From NCBI GenBank assembly GCA_001662655.1, contig KV460226.1: a stretch of 64,000 nt of DNA; one strand, written 5' to 3'. Shown piece by piece: positions 38,135 through 51,053 of this stretch; position 1 is the stretch's first letter; the number at the start of each line of letters is the position of its first letter. The notes under the pieces were generated by a model. The model saw only the letters and a list, made by a program, of their open reading frames with translations. It was not told where the DNA came from and did no database searches. The translations under genes and the position numbers were made by a program. This DNA comes from Pseudogymnoascus verrucosus (Eukaryota).

Positions 38135-39700
38135 CCTCCTAAATTCTTGCGCCTTTCCCTTTTCCACCCACCATCGAGGAAAGTGTCTCGTGTCGCACGT
38201 ACTACTGGAAGTACTCATTCTACTTCCCGGCCACTACGGTGGTACTTACTACTAACTATTCCCACCCAACCGTTCACGACCGACAGAACCAGAAAACCAC
38301 GAAATGTGCCTGTACACCACACCACCACTACTACTACTACACTACTACTGTGCGCACTACAACTGTACTCGCACTGTACTGCCCTCGATTTGCTCACAAA
38401 TCCCCAAATCCTTCATCCGCATCCTCTCATTCCCTTCCTACCTCAAACCGTCCATACATATGAATCGACTCATATGCAAACTGTTCTCGAGTATGCAATA
38501 TACAAATCCTCATGCCCAATAGATAATGGGCTACTGGGTAAAAGAGACGATAGACAAGGACCTCTTACATCTCTGCTTAATCGTGTCTGACCCAGCCCGC
38601 TCCGCTCCTCCTCGTTGGTTTCGTGTATCAAATACTACGACCTTCTACTTGGATTCATTCACTGGCCACTCTACTCGCTATTCCCCCCGATAGTAATAAT
38701 ACCGCACTCTCCTCACCACTGCGACAGAGAAGTTTCGTGATTCCAAGGCCCTCTACTCTCCCCCGGCCTCCCCAATCAAAGGCGGCAGGGACAAGAAAAG
38801 AGGGTGGCATAATCGTTGAAACTTAGCGAAATTGGCCATTTTATACACCACACTGACCAACCACCCATCCTGCGACAGTGCGAGCCCAACTCGTGTTTTA
38901 TGCCGAGATCAATCCACGCCTTTACCCGCTGAACTTCCAGAAGATTGGACCCTCTTACCTTTCTCCCGGGGGCACTGATCATACAACCGATCATATACGT
39001 TGTATACATATACATATACACGCCGCCGTGAACTTGCACTGTACTGGATCAATCGCCCTCCAGAACTCGTTCGGTGTCACGGCAAATATTCACCCACGAA
39101 CGCGGTCTGCAGCAAATTCACAAACCCCACGTTCATTAAGTACAGTACACCGCACATCTGCCTCCTCCTGTCACTGGTTTCCGCATTCAAAGTCACCCCA
39201 AAAAGCCACTATCTTCACGCCATCCCATAGTACGAAGGATATTCAGTGGTTGTGGGTCTCCAAGCTGGGATCCATAAAAAACCACCCTCGCGGGAACTCA
39301 ACGGGTACTCCCCCTAGTCCATCCAACTTGGGCCAATTTCACCCTATACTGTCAGCACCTCCCAGTTCCTTTGGAACTTGACCATACAATCCATTGTAAA
39401 CACTTCCTTTTGCTGAAGGCTTTGTCAAATCACCGACAATTCTCACCTTCAAGCAGCTTCATCCGACCAAACGAACACGCTCCTCTCTCCTTACTCGATC
39501 CTGAATGCCCCGATAACTCTCGCTGCTCTTCCCAGAGAGCAGGTCGAACTTGAAACAGTGTGAGTCCCAAAACTTCTACAGCAATCGCATTGTAAAGGAG
39601 GAAGCTGACCGCCCCTTGCTTCAGTCTCGACACGCATCAACTCGACCACCTCTCCCATGCTACTATAGCTGCGCGAATATATATTTAGCAAGGGTTCACA

Positions 39701-42201
39701 ATGACTCTCGTCGATGTTGTCCACCGAGGACACTCCTCACACTTGACTACGAACACTGGACAGGCACTGGAGGACCGCTTCGAGGTGCTGAAGGACATCG
39801 GTGATGGAAGCTTTGGGAGTGTCGTTTTGGCACGCGTACGTGGTGCTGGCGCCAGCGTTGCGAGACGTGGAACAGTGGTAAGTTGCGCCGGAACAAAGGA
39901 GGTTTCCAGGCCGTTCAGTTCGCTGACGATTTATAGATTGCGATCAAGACGATGAAGAAGAACTTTGAGTCGTTCGCCCCCTGCCTAGAACTGCGCGAAG
40001 TTGTATTCCTGAGGACACTTCCACCTCACGTTCACCTCGTCCCAGCTTTGGATATTTTCCTCGACCCTTTCACCAAGAAGCTTCACATCTGCATGGAGTA
40101 TATGGAGGGCAATCTCTACCAACTAATGAAGGCTCGCGATCACAAGTGCTTGGATGGCGGCAGCGTCAAGAGCATTCTTTTCCAGATTATGCAAGGACTC
40201 GAGCACATTCACGACCATCAATTCTTCCATCGCGATATCAAGCCAGAGAACATTCTCGTCTCGACATCAGGACAGCAAGAATCCTCCAACAGCTTCAGGC
40301 GATACTCGGCGCTCGTCACACCGCCATCTACACCACCAACATACACCGTCAAGATTGCCGACTTTGGTCTCGCTCGCGAGACTCACTCCAAACTCCCCTA
40401 CACTACATACGTCTCTACTCGATGGTATCGCGCACCGGAAGTGCTGTTGAGGGCAGGAGAATACTCTGCGCCCGTGGATATTTGGGCAATTGGTGCGATG
40501 GCAGTTGAAATCGCGACACTGAAGCCACTCTTCCCCGGTGGAAACGAGGTCGACCAGGTCTGGAGGGTGTGTGAGATCATGGGAAGCCCCGGGAACTGGT
40601 ACAGCAAGAATGGCACAAAGGTTGGCGGAGGTGAATGGAAGGAGGGCGCAAGGCTTGCTGGCAAACTTGGTTTCTCTTTCCCAAAGATGGCTCCCCATGC
40701 GATCGATACGATTCTTCAAGCACCACAATGGCCGGCTCCTCTCGCCCATTTCGTCACGTGGTGTCTTATGTGGGATCCAAAGGCCCGCCCAACGTCGAGG
40801 GAGGCACTGGCACACGAGTACTTTAATGATGCTGTGGATCCTCTGCGACCCAAGTCGTCGGCATCGAGGATGCTCGGTCGCAAGCAGTCGGATCTGAGCT
40901 ACCGTGGTTCGAGGGACTTCTCAACCGAGACCCTGACCTCATCCAAGCCTTCGTGGTTCAGGAAGTCCCTGATCGGACGATCGGAAAACTCGACTGCTTC
41001 GTCGCAGCCAACCTCTGGTAAGGAGAATGTGGCTCCTCGCCCATTACCAGTACATGCGCAAACCATGAACGACGCCACCGCCCCTGCCAAAGCGCGTCCA
41101 CAACCCACCAAGCGCTCGACCTGGTCCAACAGCCCGTCGAACGCTGCCCCAATGCCCATACTCCCCTCCATCAAACCAATCTCCCCGCTCTCCGATGCAG
41201 TTACCGCACAAGGTACTTCTAGGACGGCATCCTTTGCTGGCCAGCGCGGGTCTGCTGCCGACAAGGCCAGCCAGAAAATCGGCCGCCAACTCTCGGTTAC
41301 ATCTAACAACCACTACGATGCTGAAGCGCACCGACAGCAGGCAGAGCGAGCTCTTAACGGTAACAGTGGACTCATTTCTCCCCCGAGCGGCCAGAAGGAG
41401 AGCTTCTTCTCGCACCTCCGCAAGCGTGCTAGGAGGTTCTCAGGTCGTCATCAGACTCCAATGTCACCGACGGCAGATGACCTTGAGGCACAGGTAGGCT
41501 GTGGCCCATGGCAAAGCAACAGATCGTCGATGGTTATGGATCCTACCCAGCTCCCGACCCCTTCATACAAGGTGGACACGCACGAGGCGCTAGACAAGGC
41601 GCTCCGTGCCGTTCAGGACAATCTGGAGTCGCCATCACAAGGCACGGCCCCCATGCCACCAGCTCACCAAATCAGCCCCAGCACGATCCTCAAGCGCCAC
41701 CACTCCCTAAACCAACAACCTCAGACCCGCTCAGTGGATAACCTGATCGGAGCAGCCCGCAGCGGCGGACCAGTGTCGAGCAGGACCAGAAGGGCACAGG
41801 CACACGGCGGCACCCGCCAGTACGAAGTCCCGGATGAGGAAGATGAACTCCTTGACGAAGCCCTCACATCCGCCAACAAAGCGATGAGGCGCATGGACCG
41901 CAACTCCCTGACCGAATACATCCAAAAGGGCGGCAACGCCGAGCTTGAGCGCAAGCCCCTGAGGCAATCCCAGAGCAAGCCTACCGTGCTGAACCCTTAC
42001 CCTACACCCTCTCCGACTGCCAACGGTAACGCGGCACTCTTCTACGCCGATGCATCTGTCCGCAGCAACCAAACGCTCAAGAGCAACGCGCCAAGGGACG
42101 ATAACGATGCCAGGCATAAGTGGCCGACGCCACCATACGAGGGGAATGACTGGTCGAATTCGACGGCTGCTAGTATCTGGGAGGCGGGCAACCGCTTCTA
42201 A
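39701..42201 (+). CDS. ime2: Ime2/MAK-family serine/threonine protein kinase
   Basis: Two exons (intron 39878-39936). Motifs IGDGSFGSV, IAIKTMKK, FFHRDIKPEN, KIADFGLARE, PYTTYVSTRWYRAPE (TxY activation loop typical of Ime2/MAK), followed by a long disordered C-terminus. Confidence 0.92.
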
Positions 42202-43879
42202 ATGAAGCAAACTCTCCACCACCACGCAATCACTCACTCACATAACCATAACCACACCCGACCACACTACCAACAACCACCTGTATATTTGTGCTAAGAG
42301 ACAAAAGAAGAACTTGCAAGGCGTTAAGGGGGATACAAGGGAAAACCGCGACAGCACCACTGCACTCGATCGCGCGTCATACACCACTTTTTATTTATTT
42401 GTCTTTTAACTCGTGATGGTTCACACCAGCAATGCATCTCGGGGCTGCGACCAACCGAGGCCGGCGTTCATTTAGCTATTATACGCATTTCATTTTTTCA
42501 GTTCAGTTCAGACAGAGTCTGCGAGCTAGCGAAGCGGATTTGAGAGCCTTTTTTTGTGCTCACTTTTACTTTTTGGAGGGCGTGGATGGGATTATAAAAC
42601 CCACCATGACCGTTTACTGCGTGCTTCGAGCACACATCACATACAACTATTTCCTTTGTAATATCGCCACTACATACAGCATAGCTAGGATGGTGGCGCG
42701 GCGGCGAGAGAGATAGTTAGAGACAGACTGCTCTGCTCTGCCGCTGCTGTTATTTTATGGGGACGAAGGAGGGGGGGAGCCTCTTGTTACTATATGGGAA
42801 TGGGCTTTTTTGAGAAGGATTCTTCCGTTTTTTGCTTTCTACGTTGACGGGAGAAGAGGAGGAGGGATTGGGTTGTATTTAGATGGGATCCGGGAAATAA
42901 AGTATACTTAATAATAGTTCTGAGAGATATGGAAAGGATGGATAAATTCTAGAGAGGCTATTTGATGGCTCTTCCACTACTGACTTGACAATTCTTGAGT
43001 GAAAAATTTGATATGTTTCGACTTGACTCGCATCACAGCTCCTACAAACTGGGTCACCGAGACAGCGTTTCTGATGATGAAGTGACAGCTCATCCCTCAA
43101 TCCACATTGGAATGGTTGCAGGACCCCCCCATCAGAAAAACTCAGCCGTCCTTTCGCATATATAAGCACGCATGAGGCGGAGCACACACGTACTGTCAAA
43201 CCCACGATGCATCCCGAACGGCACGGGGAAGTACCCGCGAGACCCTTACTTGAACCCTCGTTCCCCGAAAAACGAATAAATCATAAATCACATTTCGACC
43301 CCTTCCACCCTTTCCCATCACATCTCTCAGACATCCCCATCACATCCCCTCAAACTTTCCCAATCCCCTACAATACAATTGCCCCCAAATTCCACCCCGC
43401 CCATAACCTCCTCCTCCCAATTCCAACATCCTCCACGTAAGCCCCCCAGCCCCAAAATAGCTCCAGGAACACCCCGACCCCACCCCGCCGCTCCACTACA
43501 ACCACGACCAACAGCCGCACCACGGACGCCAAGACCTTCGCCCTGGTGCCTAGCCGACCCCGCGAGGCTGTATGGTGTTTGTATCTACCCACGCGCGAGG
43601 CTGCGTCCGAGACGGCGAGGCAGCCATTTTGTGTACCGCTACCCACCGCCCCGAGCAGACCAGAGCAGAGCAGTGAGCGCGTGGTGTTTATTTATGTGTG
43701 AGGACGAGATTGTTCAATCGCGGTGTTAAGCTTCTGTTTTGTTTTAATTGCGAACTTGAGAGACGACGATACAGAGCGAGGAAGACGACAGGACTCGCAC
43801 AAGCACAGCAGCGCAACCCCGCCTCACTCCCCACGACACTCTCGCTCCGCGCGCAACTGTCGCATCCACATCAGCAGCG

Positions 43880-46050
43880 ATGAACATCGACCTCCCCCTC
43901 CGCCCCGCCAATGGGCGCGGCGACAGTAACACCAGCAACAGCAACAGCGCGACCAGCAGCGGGATCGGCAGCGTCGGCGACCGCGGGCGCCCGTTCTTCA
44001 CTTCATCATCCCCCTCTACTACTGCTGCCGCGGGGGCGAATATCGGGGGTGGCAACGGGACACCGCAGTACCGGATGCCGGTGCGGACGTCGGCGCAGTC
44101 GGAGGCGGAGGCGATTGCGGGGCCGGTGAGGGAGGTGGCGCCGATGAATGATCGGTTGATTGTTGGGGTTGATTTTGGGACTACGTATTCGGGGTGAGTT
44201 TTCTGTCTTGCGGGGGAGGGGGGGTTTATGGGGTGAAGATGGAGCTGGGCTAATAGGTTTACAGTGTCGCGACGGTATATACATCCACCCCCGACGATGT
44301 GGAGATCATCAAAACATGGCCCGGCGGAAACGGTATCACCTCCGACAAAGTGCCCACCGAGATCTCCTACGCCGCCCTCCCCTCCGCAACAGCCGGTGGC
44401 GAAGACACTATCAAGCCACGATGGGGATTCATGTTCAAGCCCGAAGAGCCGCGTTTACGCTGCATGAAGCTATTCCTCGACCGGAGCCAGAAACTCCCCT
44501 TCTACGTGTCGCCGAAGGAGACAGCGACGCAGCTTAAGAAGCATAATAAGACTGTTGTCGACGCGGTTAGCGATTACCTGACTGAGATCTACAAGCACAC
44601 CATGGACACGCTTGCGCGGCGGTACGGGGACGCATTTATGAGCACTACGAAGGTGGAGTTCGTGCTGACGTGTCCGGCGGTGTGGTCTGACGCAGCTAAA
44701 AACACGACGTTGCTTGCGGCGGAGAAGGCGGGGATGGGATCGAAGGAGGAGATTCAGATGATTTCCGAGCCGGAGGCGGCGGCTGTGTATGCACTCAAGA
44801 CGATCCAGCCGAATCACTTGTCGGTGGGGGATAACTTTGTTGTGTGTGATGCGGGTGGCGGGACGGTGGATTTGATTGCGTATAAAATCATGTCGCTGAA
44901 GCCGCTGCGGGTGGAGGAGTCGGCGGTTGGCACGGGTGGGCTGTGTGGGAGTGCGTTCCTGAATTATCGGTTTGAGGAGCATGTGCGGGAGCGTGTGGGC
45001 GCGACGAAGTTTGATGAGATGAAGGCGAAGAAGCAGAAGACGTGGCAGATGGGGTTGAAATACTTTGAGGAGTTCGTTAAGCGCAACTTCAACGAGGAGG
45101 AGCATGGCGAAGTTAATATCCCCTTTCCCGGGCTGCCGGACGATGAGGAGGCGGGGATTGATTGTGGGTTCCTCGTCATGACGGCGGCGCAGGTGAAGGA
45201 TATCTTCGAGCCCGTCGTGAAGGAGGTGTGCGATCTCGTGCAGGGACAGGTATCCGGGATCCGCGCGAAGGGCGGAATCGTGTCGGGAATTGTGTTAGTA
45301 GGGGGATTCGGGCAGAGCAATTACCTATACAAGCGGTTGAAGGCGAACTTCAACACCGCGGCGCCGCCGCCGTACAGCGAGAGGCCGACGCATGCGCAGG
45401 CGAATGACCTGGTGAATAATGGGTCGGTTGAGGTGATGCAGCCGGTGTATGCGTGGACGGCGGTGGTGAGGGGGGCGGTGCTCAGGGGGCTCGAGGGGAG
45501 TATGGTGGTGTCGAGGAAGAGTAGGTATCATTATGGGACGAGCTATGCGACGGTGTATGATGAGGATAAACATGCTGTTGGAGAAAGGTATTGGAGTCCG
45601 CTGTGGGAGCGGTGGATGGTCAGTGATCGGATGCAGTGGCATATTTCCAAGGTATGTTTTTTTTGCCTCGTTCCCCTTTATGGCTTCCATGAGAGCACTT
45701 GGCTAATCTCACACCAGGGCGAGGATCTCTCTCCCATAACACCCATCTCCTTTCACTACACGCGCAACTTCCGGCCTGGGCAGTCCCTCATTGTCTCCGA
45801 TGACCTGATCGCCTGCGATGAGACCGCCCCACCAGGAGCCTATTCCCGTGATCTGATCAACGTGTGCACGCTGACGACGGATCTGGGGGCTGTGCCGAAG
45901 AGCTTGTTCACGCGGCTGACGACGACGAGGGGCGTTGAGTTCGATAACCTCGACTTCACGCTCGAGATGGTGGTCGGGAGTGCGGGGTTGGGGTTCATGT
46001 TGAAGGTTGATGGGGTGAGGTATGGGAGTGTTGTTGCGGAGTTTCATTAA
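43880..46050 (+). CDS. Hsp70-superfamily (HSPA12-like) actin-fold ATPase
   Basis: Three exons (introns 44194-44264 and ~45652-45717). Motifs LIVGVDFGTTYSGVA, IKTWPG, KVPTEISY, LTCPAVWSD, SEPEAAA, VCDAGGGTVDLIAY, LVGGFGQSNYL. Confidence 0.92.
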
Positions 46051-48855
46051 GGGGGGTGGGAGAGGGGTTAAGTATAGATGATGAGTAGTTGGGTAATGCT
46101 AGATGGATATATGCATGGATTGGATGGGATATATATATGAGCAATAAATTCCTAACGTATATAACGTGTAGTTTCCGTTGGTCTTTGGAGATAGGATTTA
46201 TAGGACTATTGGTAACACTTAGTGGCCATCGAAGCTCCTTGGATGCACACATCTATGACCACCAAGCCAACGATATTGGTTGTTACGAGTGCCATGGTCC
46301 CTGGGCGCACAATGCTGTGAACCGAGATAATGGTTGGATTGAGCTGTTATAATAGTGGAGCGCGGTGTTAATTCCTTGAAGCTGCTGCCTATTCTCCATG
46401 CGGGACCTCATTTTATGTGAGCTCCCTGAGGGGTGCACACGTCCCAAACGGGTATGCCTCGGGCCAGTGGGTGCAAACTTCATAACATGCGCACTTTTGA
46501 CCTGGGATCATTTGTAGTATGATTCAGGTAGAGTAGCCGGATCACCGGGTGGTCCATACAGAATGGCATTTCTGCATGGGGAGTTTCTTTGATATATATC
46601 CTGTTTCAAGGAAACAAAGAATATATATATCGTTACGTTCGAGTTAAACTGGGACTGGGAACTACGTTGAAGATACCTAAACATACATCGACGTGGACTC
46701 AGCCAATTATGAGCTTCCGCAACGTATCTATATCGAGTTACCGCCACCAAGGCTGGGATATAACTCCTCGTACTCGCCTCACTCAGTGGCAATTGTTGGT
46801 TTGGCTATGGGTGGTGGATCTCCCAAGTGATAAATTCACGGCTCTGACCTGGGCCTCCGGATCTCGGAGTCATGTCAACTCGGTGACCTAATAGGTATCT
46901 GCCACGCTAGTCACTTATCTGGGGAGCTACTATTTTAGGTATGATTCTGGTCCTGTCACAGAAGGACGATGCGGATCAGTTGGGCCGATGGCTTACTGCA
47001 CAGTTTGCCAACTGCAGGGCGAACGACGCTGGCAAGGCGAACCAGGCTGGTGACATCCATAGCGGATGTGGAGGGCGTCGCAGCCTATCATCTGAGCGCT
47101 CGATGCCTTCGGAAAGGCGGGTTTTCGCATACAGTATATGACGAATTCTCCGGGGTTGCGGGATTATGGTTTTGATAAATTCAAATATTGCTGCTAGCGG
47201 TGAGTCAATCGGCTTTGATATTAGAATTGGGAAGGAGCGTCTGCCTGGAGCGAGGCGGGCAGGGCTGCTCCGACTCGCTAAGGGAAAATCATAAGATGGC
47301 TGGGCTGCCGACGGAGTGCTGGCTCATGGGGCTCGCGTCAAAATGCCAACAACACGACCACCAATAAATAACTGTCGAAAATAAAGAGCTGGGGCAATAG
47401 GATTGGATCGGAGATGATTTATATAGCAAGATGCTACAAAGTGAGTGGGGATCTTATATTGATTGGCTCCCGTTACTTTATATTGCTGTCCGATCATCAC
47501 ATGAAGCCAGAGCCTTGAAACAAGGTTGGGCACTGTTGGTTATCACTTCTCTCATTTGGTTCAATATGACTACTTCTTACAAATGCATACCTCAAGTTGC
47601 AAAGAACTGATATATTCATCTTTTGCTGTTTCTGCCATCTCAGTTGAGATATATCTCACGAGCGATGTTGATATATCACCCTACACATATACCCCTATCG
47701 TGTCGGGTTGGGAAGTCTGGCAATCCATTAAACCCCGCTAGATTGGGTTATGATATCCGAAAGTTGCGAATTTCCGACAACAAGCTTTGGTTCCCAAAAT
47801 GTGATCCAGAAGCGCCTTCGGATAGATATGCCCGAGAGGTGGGCAACTGGCGCTGGGCGAAGATGATAGACTTCGATATGCCCGATATTAACGTACCAGC
47901 CACTTGACGAGAATCATCCAAGAAAATAACAGACCACAATGACGAATATACACTTCCTATGCTGATACAGCATTGTCTTCATGAACGCGAGGAATATAGC
48001 TCCTGCGTTATCCCCAGACGGCCCGGACAAGGCTAGGAGGATGCAACATATGAAACTGTGACGGATATCAAAGCATATGGCACAGTCCTGGGAGTACAGA
48101 AGAGTCTGGCGGCGTCTCAAAAAGGGTCTGGCACCTCAACGCATCTATGAATCACATAAAAAGGTAAGCCCATCGAAAAAGACGACCAGTTGCACGACTC
48201 AACCCCTTGCCTGACGTGGACTAGGAAGGACAGAGACAACATTCCACAACGAAAATCACACAATAATTTCTCACAAGCAGACGGAATATAGTCAGAAGAC
48301 TACATATAGCAAAAGTAAAACAGTCGTCATTGGTAATGCTTTCCCCAAAGGAGATTATCGAAAAGAGATGAAAGACCAGCTACTTCTCAACTTCACACTA
48401 TCATCCGCCGTCAACAGCAACATCGCCGAGAGACCACAGCAATATCCTCGCCCCAGGCTGGCACCTGGCTCATCGCGGAGCCTCCCACATCCAACTTCGA
48501 AAGGGTGTCGAGTGTTAAAACAAGTATCATCAGAAAAAATGCATCGCTTCAACGCCCAAAAAATTACAACCAGATACCACGCTTTTCCAACCTCATCAGC
48601 TACCCCAAACGATGACAACAACGCCATGTACTTTTGGGCAATACCAGTCATAGTAATATCATCAAATCGTTAAAGAACCTGGACCCTGATAGACCTCCCA
48701 CCAGTCATCACGCGTGGACCCTTTTTCGCCACCGCGTTGGAACTTGCCGCACGGCCTATCGGCCGCATATTTCAGCTGAACGCGTTTTTATGCACGCGCC
48801 ACCATGTCGTTCTCACATCGCGCTCCTTTCTTATTTACTCCACTTCTTTCCTTAT

Positions 48856-49728
48856 TCAAGAAGTTTCGGTTGGGGAATGAATCACTGTCGATGCGGCCTT
48901 CTTCCCTCTTGGTGAACGTTGTTGATCTCGTCTCCGACGAGGATCAGTAACGATAACACGGTTCGAAGCAGCTTCCTCTGCTCTTTTCTTCGCAATTATT
49001 TCTTCTGGTTCGCAATTCAGCGGGATCAACCCAGATACCTTCGGTCGCTCTGACCCCTCGCGGCAGAAGATGGCATAATCATCCTCAGATATAATCCCTT
49101 TGTCTTGTAGGTATTTCAAGACTTTGAAGTCTGGGCGGAGTTCCATGTTTGTACCGCTTTCGAAATGCTCTTTTACATGCTCCAGGTATTCGTTCCAGCA
49201 GGCCATAGCGTTGTCATCCTCGAATGACCTGTTGCAGAAGACGCACAGGGCGTGAGGTGGTGGTCCGCTTCGGCCGAAATGCTCAATAACATGTTCGGAC
49301 CAGCTCTCAGAATCATCGAAATTCGTATGCTGACAGTCTGGTATGATGTATCGAAAAAGGCACGGAAGATTTGAACCGTCGATCGACATGTTGAGAATGT
49401 GCTGGTCGAGAGTAAGCTCGGGGTGATTCAAATCAATACTCGGAGCTGTCGATAAGCTAGTTGCATCGGATGCTGCTGATGACTTTGAGAATGTGCTGAA
49501 GCCGGTGTTGGATCTTGACAGCACGGTTGAGCTTGTCACTGAAGATGGCGACGTCGGCGGCGACTTGCATGACTCACGAGCATGGGCATGAGCAGCAGTC
49601 GTCACAGGTTGGGTGATAGTTGCATCGGATTTGTCCTGTCGACTGGCCGCCGGCGATAGTCGTGATTGCCCGAAGGCATGAGCTGTGTCTTGGTCCTGAA
49701 CGAACCTATCGATACTATAAACGGCCAT
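48856..49728 (-). CDS. Hypothetical fungal protein with Ser-rich region and C2H2-like Cys/His motifs
   Basis: Uninterrupted ~290 aa ORF. Motifs LPCLF..DC..F..SWSEHVIEHF, PPHALCVFC..F..WNEYLEHVKEH, RPDFKVLKYL. Confidence 0.7.
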   Translation of the reverse strand: MAVYSIDRFVQDQDTAHAFGQSRLSPAASRQDKSDATITQPVTTAAHAHARESCKSPPTSPSSVTSSTVLSRSNTGFSTFSKSSAASDATSLSTAPSIDLNHPELTLDQHILNMSIDGSNLPCLFRYIIPDCQHTNFDDSESWSEHVIEHFGRSGPPPHALCVFCNRSFEDDNAMACWNEYLEHVKEHFESGTNMELRPDFKVLKYLQDKGIISEDDYAIFCREGSERPKVSGLIPLNCEPEEIIAKKRAEEAASNRVIVTDPRRRRDQQRSPRGKKAASTVIHSPTETS

Positions 49729-51053
49729 TATGTCGACCGATGCAACGAACTTGGGACACAAGTGAGGGTCAGAGATAATGCAACAGTTCTGTTCGGGTGG
49801 GCAGCGACCAAAACCTCCTGTCTTGTCGCATACAAGACAGCTTAACGCCCTGTGCCGACGGGTGTTCGTCAGGTTGGTTGCAGGTGGGGTGTTGATGTTG
49901 GTCGCCGAGGAGGTCCGAATAGCACCAGTTCACCACTGTGGCTGTTATGCGCTGTGTTCGCGAGCAAGGGAAAGGTCACGATGGACCGCGATGAGTATAA
50001 TGTCAACGGTTTGGACCTGCCAAAATATTTTGATGGTAGATAATTATCTTATCTAATGTTTCGAAGATCGTATCGGACAACCGCCACTTTTGTTAACCCA
50101 AAGTTGGGTTGATTGGGACGCACGGTCTTTATGCCGCCACGACACGACAACCCATGCTCCAAATTACCATGCTAATTTAACTGTCGCAAGATCAACCCCC
50201 ACCAAACTATTGAGCTTACGATACGCAACATAGACACGACGCCGACATCCTGCAGAGACTATGGCAACATTGCAATATTTCGCTGCTCAAGCCCCACTGA
50301 AGAGTATTATCTGTTGCACACGATAATGCATGTCTGATGCGGGTGGCCGTCTCGTTCGGAGTACAACCGAGCAGGAAAATATCTCCCAGTACACAAAGGA
50401 GGGAAGTAGACCGATGGTCTCCGGAAACCATTCAGTAACAGCTTTCCAAGAAGCTAATTCATGCAGCATCACTAAGTGGTTTCACAAGCTCTGAGTGCGT
50501 TTTTTTTATAGGGTCCCATGATCCCTCGGACTTTTGCAGACACCAAATCTTCACCTTACCCGGGTTGGAAACGTCAGAATTGACGCGCTTGCAATTGGAC
50601 GACGTTCACGCCTCCTCGTGCGCATGTCATGAAGGATTGGGAGTCTTGTCATGGGACTCATAAACAGGACTGAAGGTAACTCTGCGGTTATGTATACCTC
50701 TCGTATAGTTTTGTTTCAAGTCTCATATTTTTAGTATCATCTATCTCCGCGGTACTAATTTCTTCAACAACCCCTTACATGAAGGGTCGTGTGGTGAGCA
50801 GTTTGACGGTTTGTACCATCCAACACCATCGCACTGTACTTCGAAGGAAGTAACGGGGGTATTCTCTATGAAATATGTTCCCATGACGTTCTGTTGCTAC
50901 AAGCTATACTTAGAACTCTGGGCGGCCCGCCCCGACACATCCTTTGGCGTTGGGTCTCGGCTAGCTTAAATATAGTTCAACGACACAACTCAGCTCATCA
51001 CACATAATTCAGAGTATTTCTAGTCGTGCTAGAGATTTGTACTACCTGTGATT

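Noticed and set aside
43880..46050. Canonical Hsp70 chaperone (SSA/SSB/KAR2)
   Set aside because: There is no canonical substrate-binding domain or EEVD/HDEL tail, and the motifs fit the HSPA12-like group.
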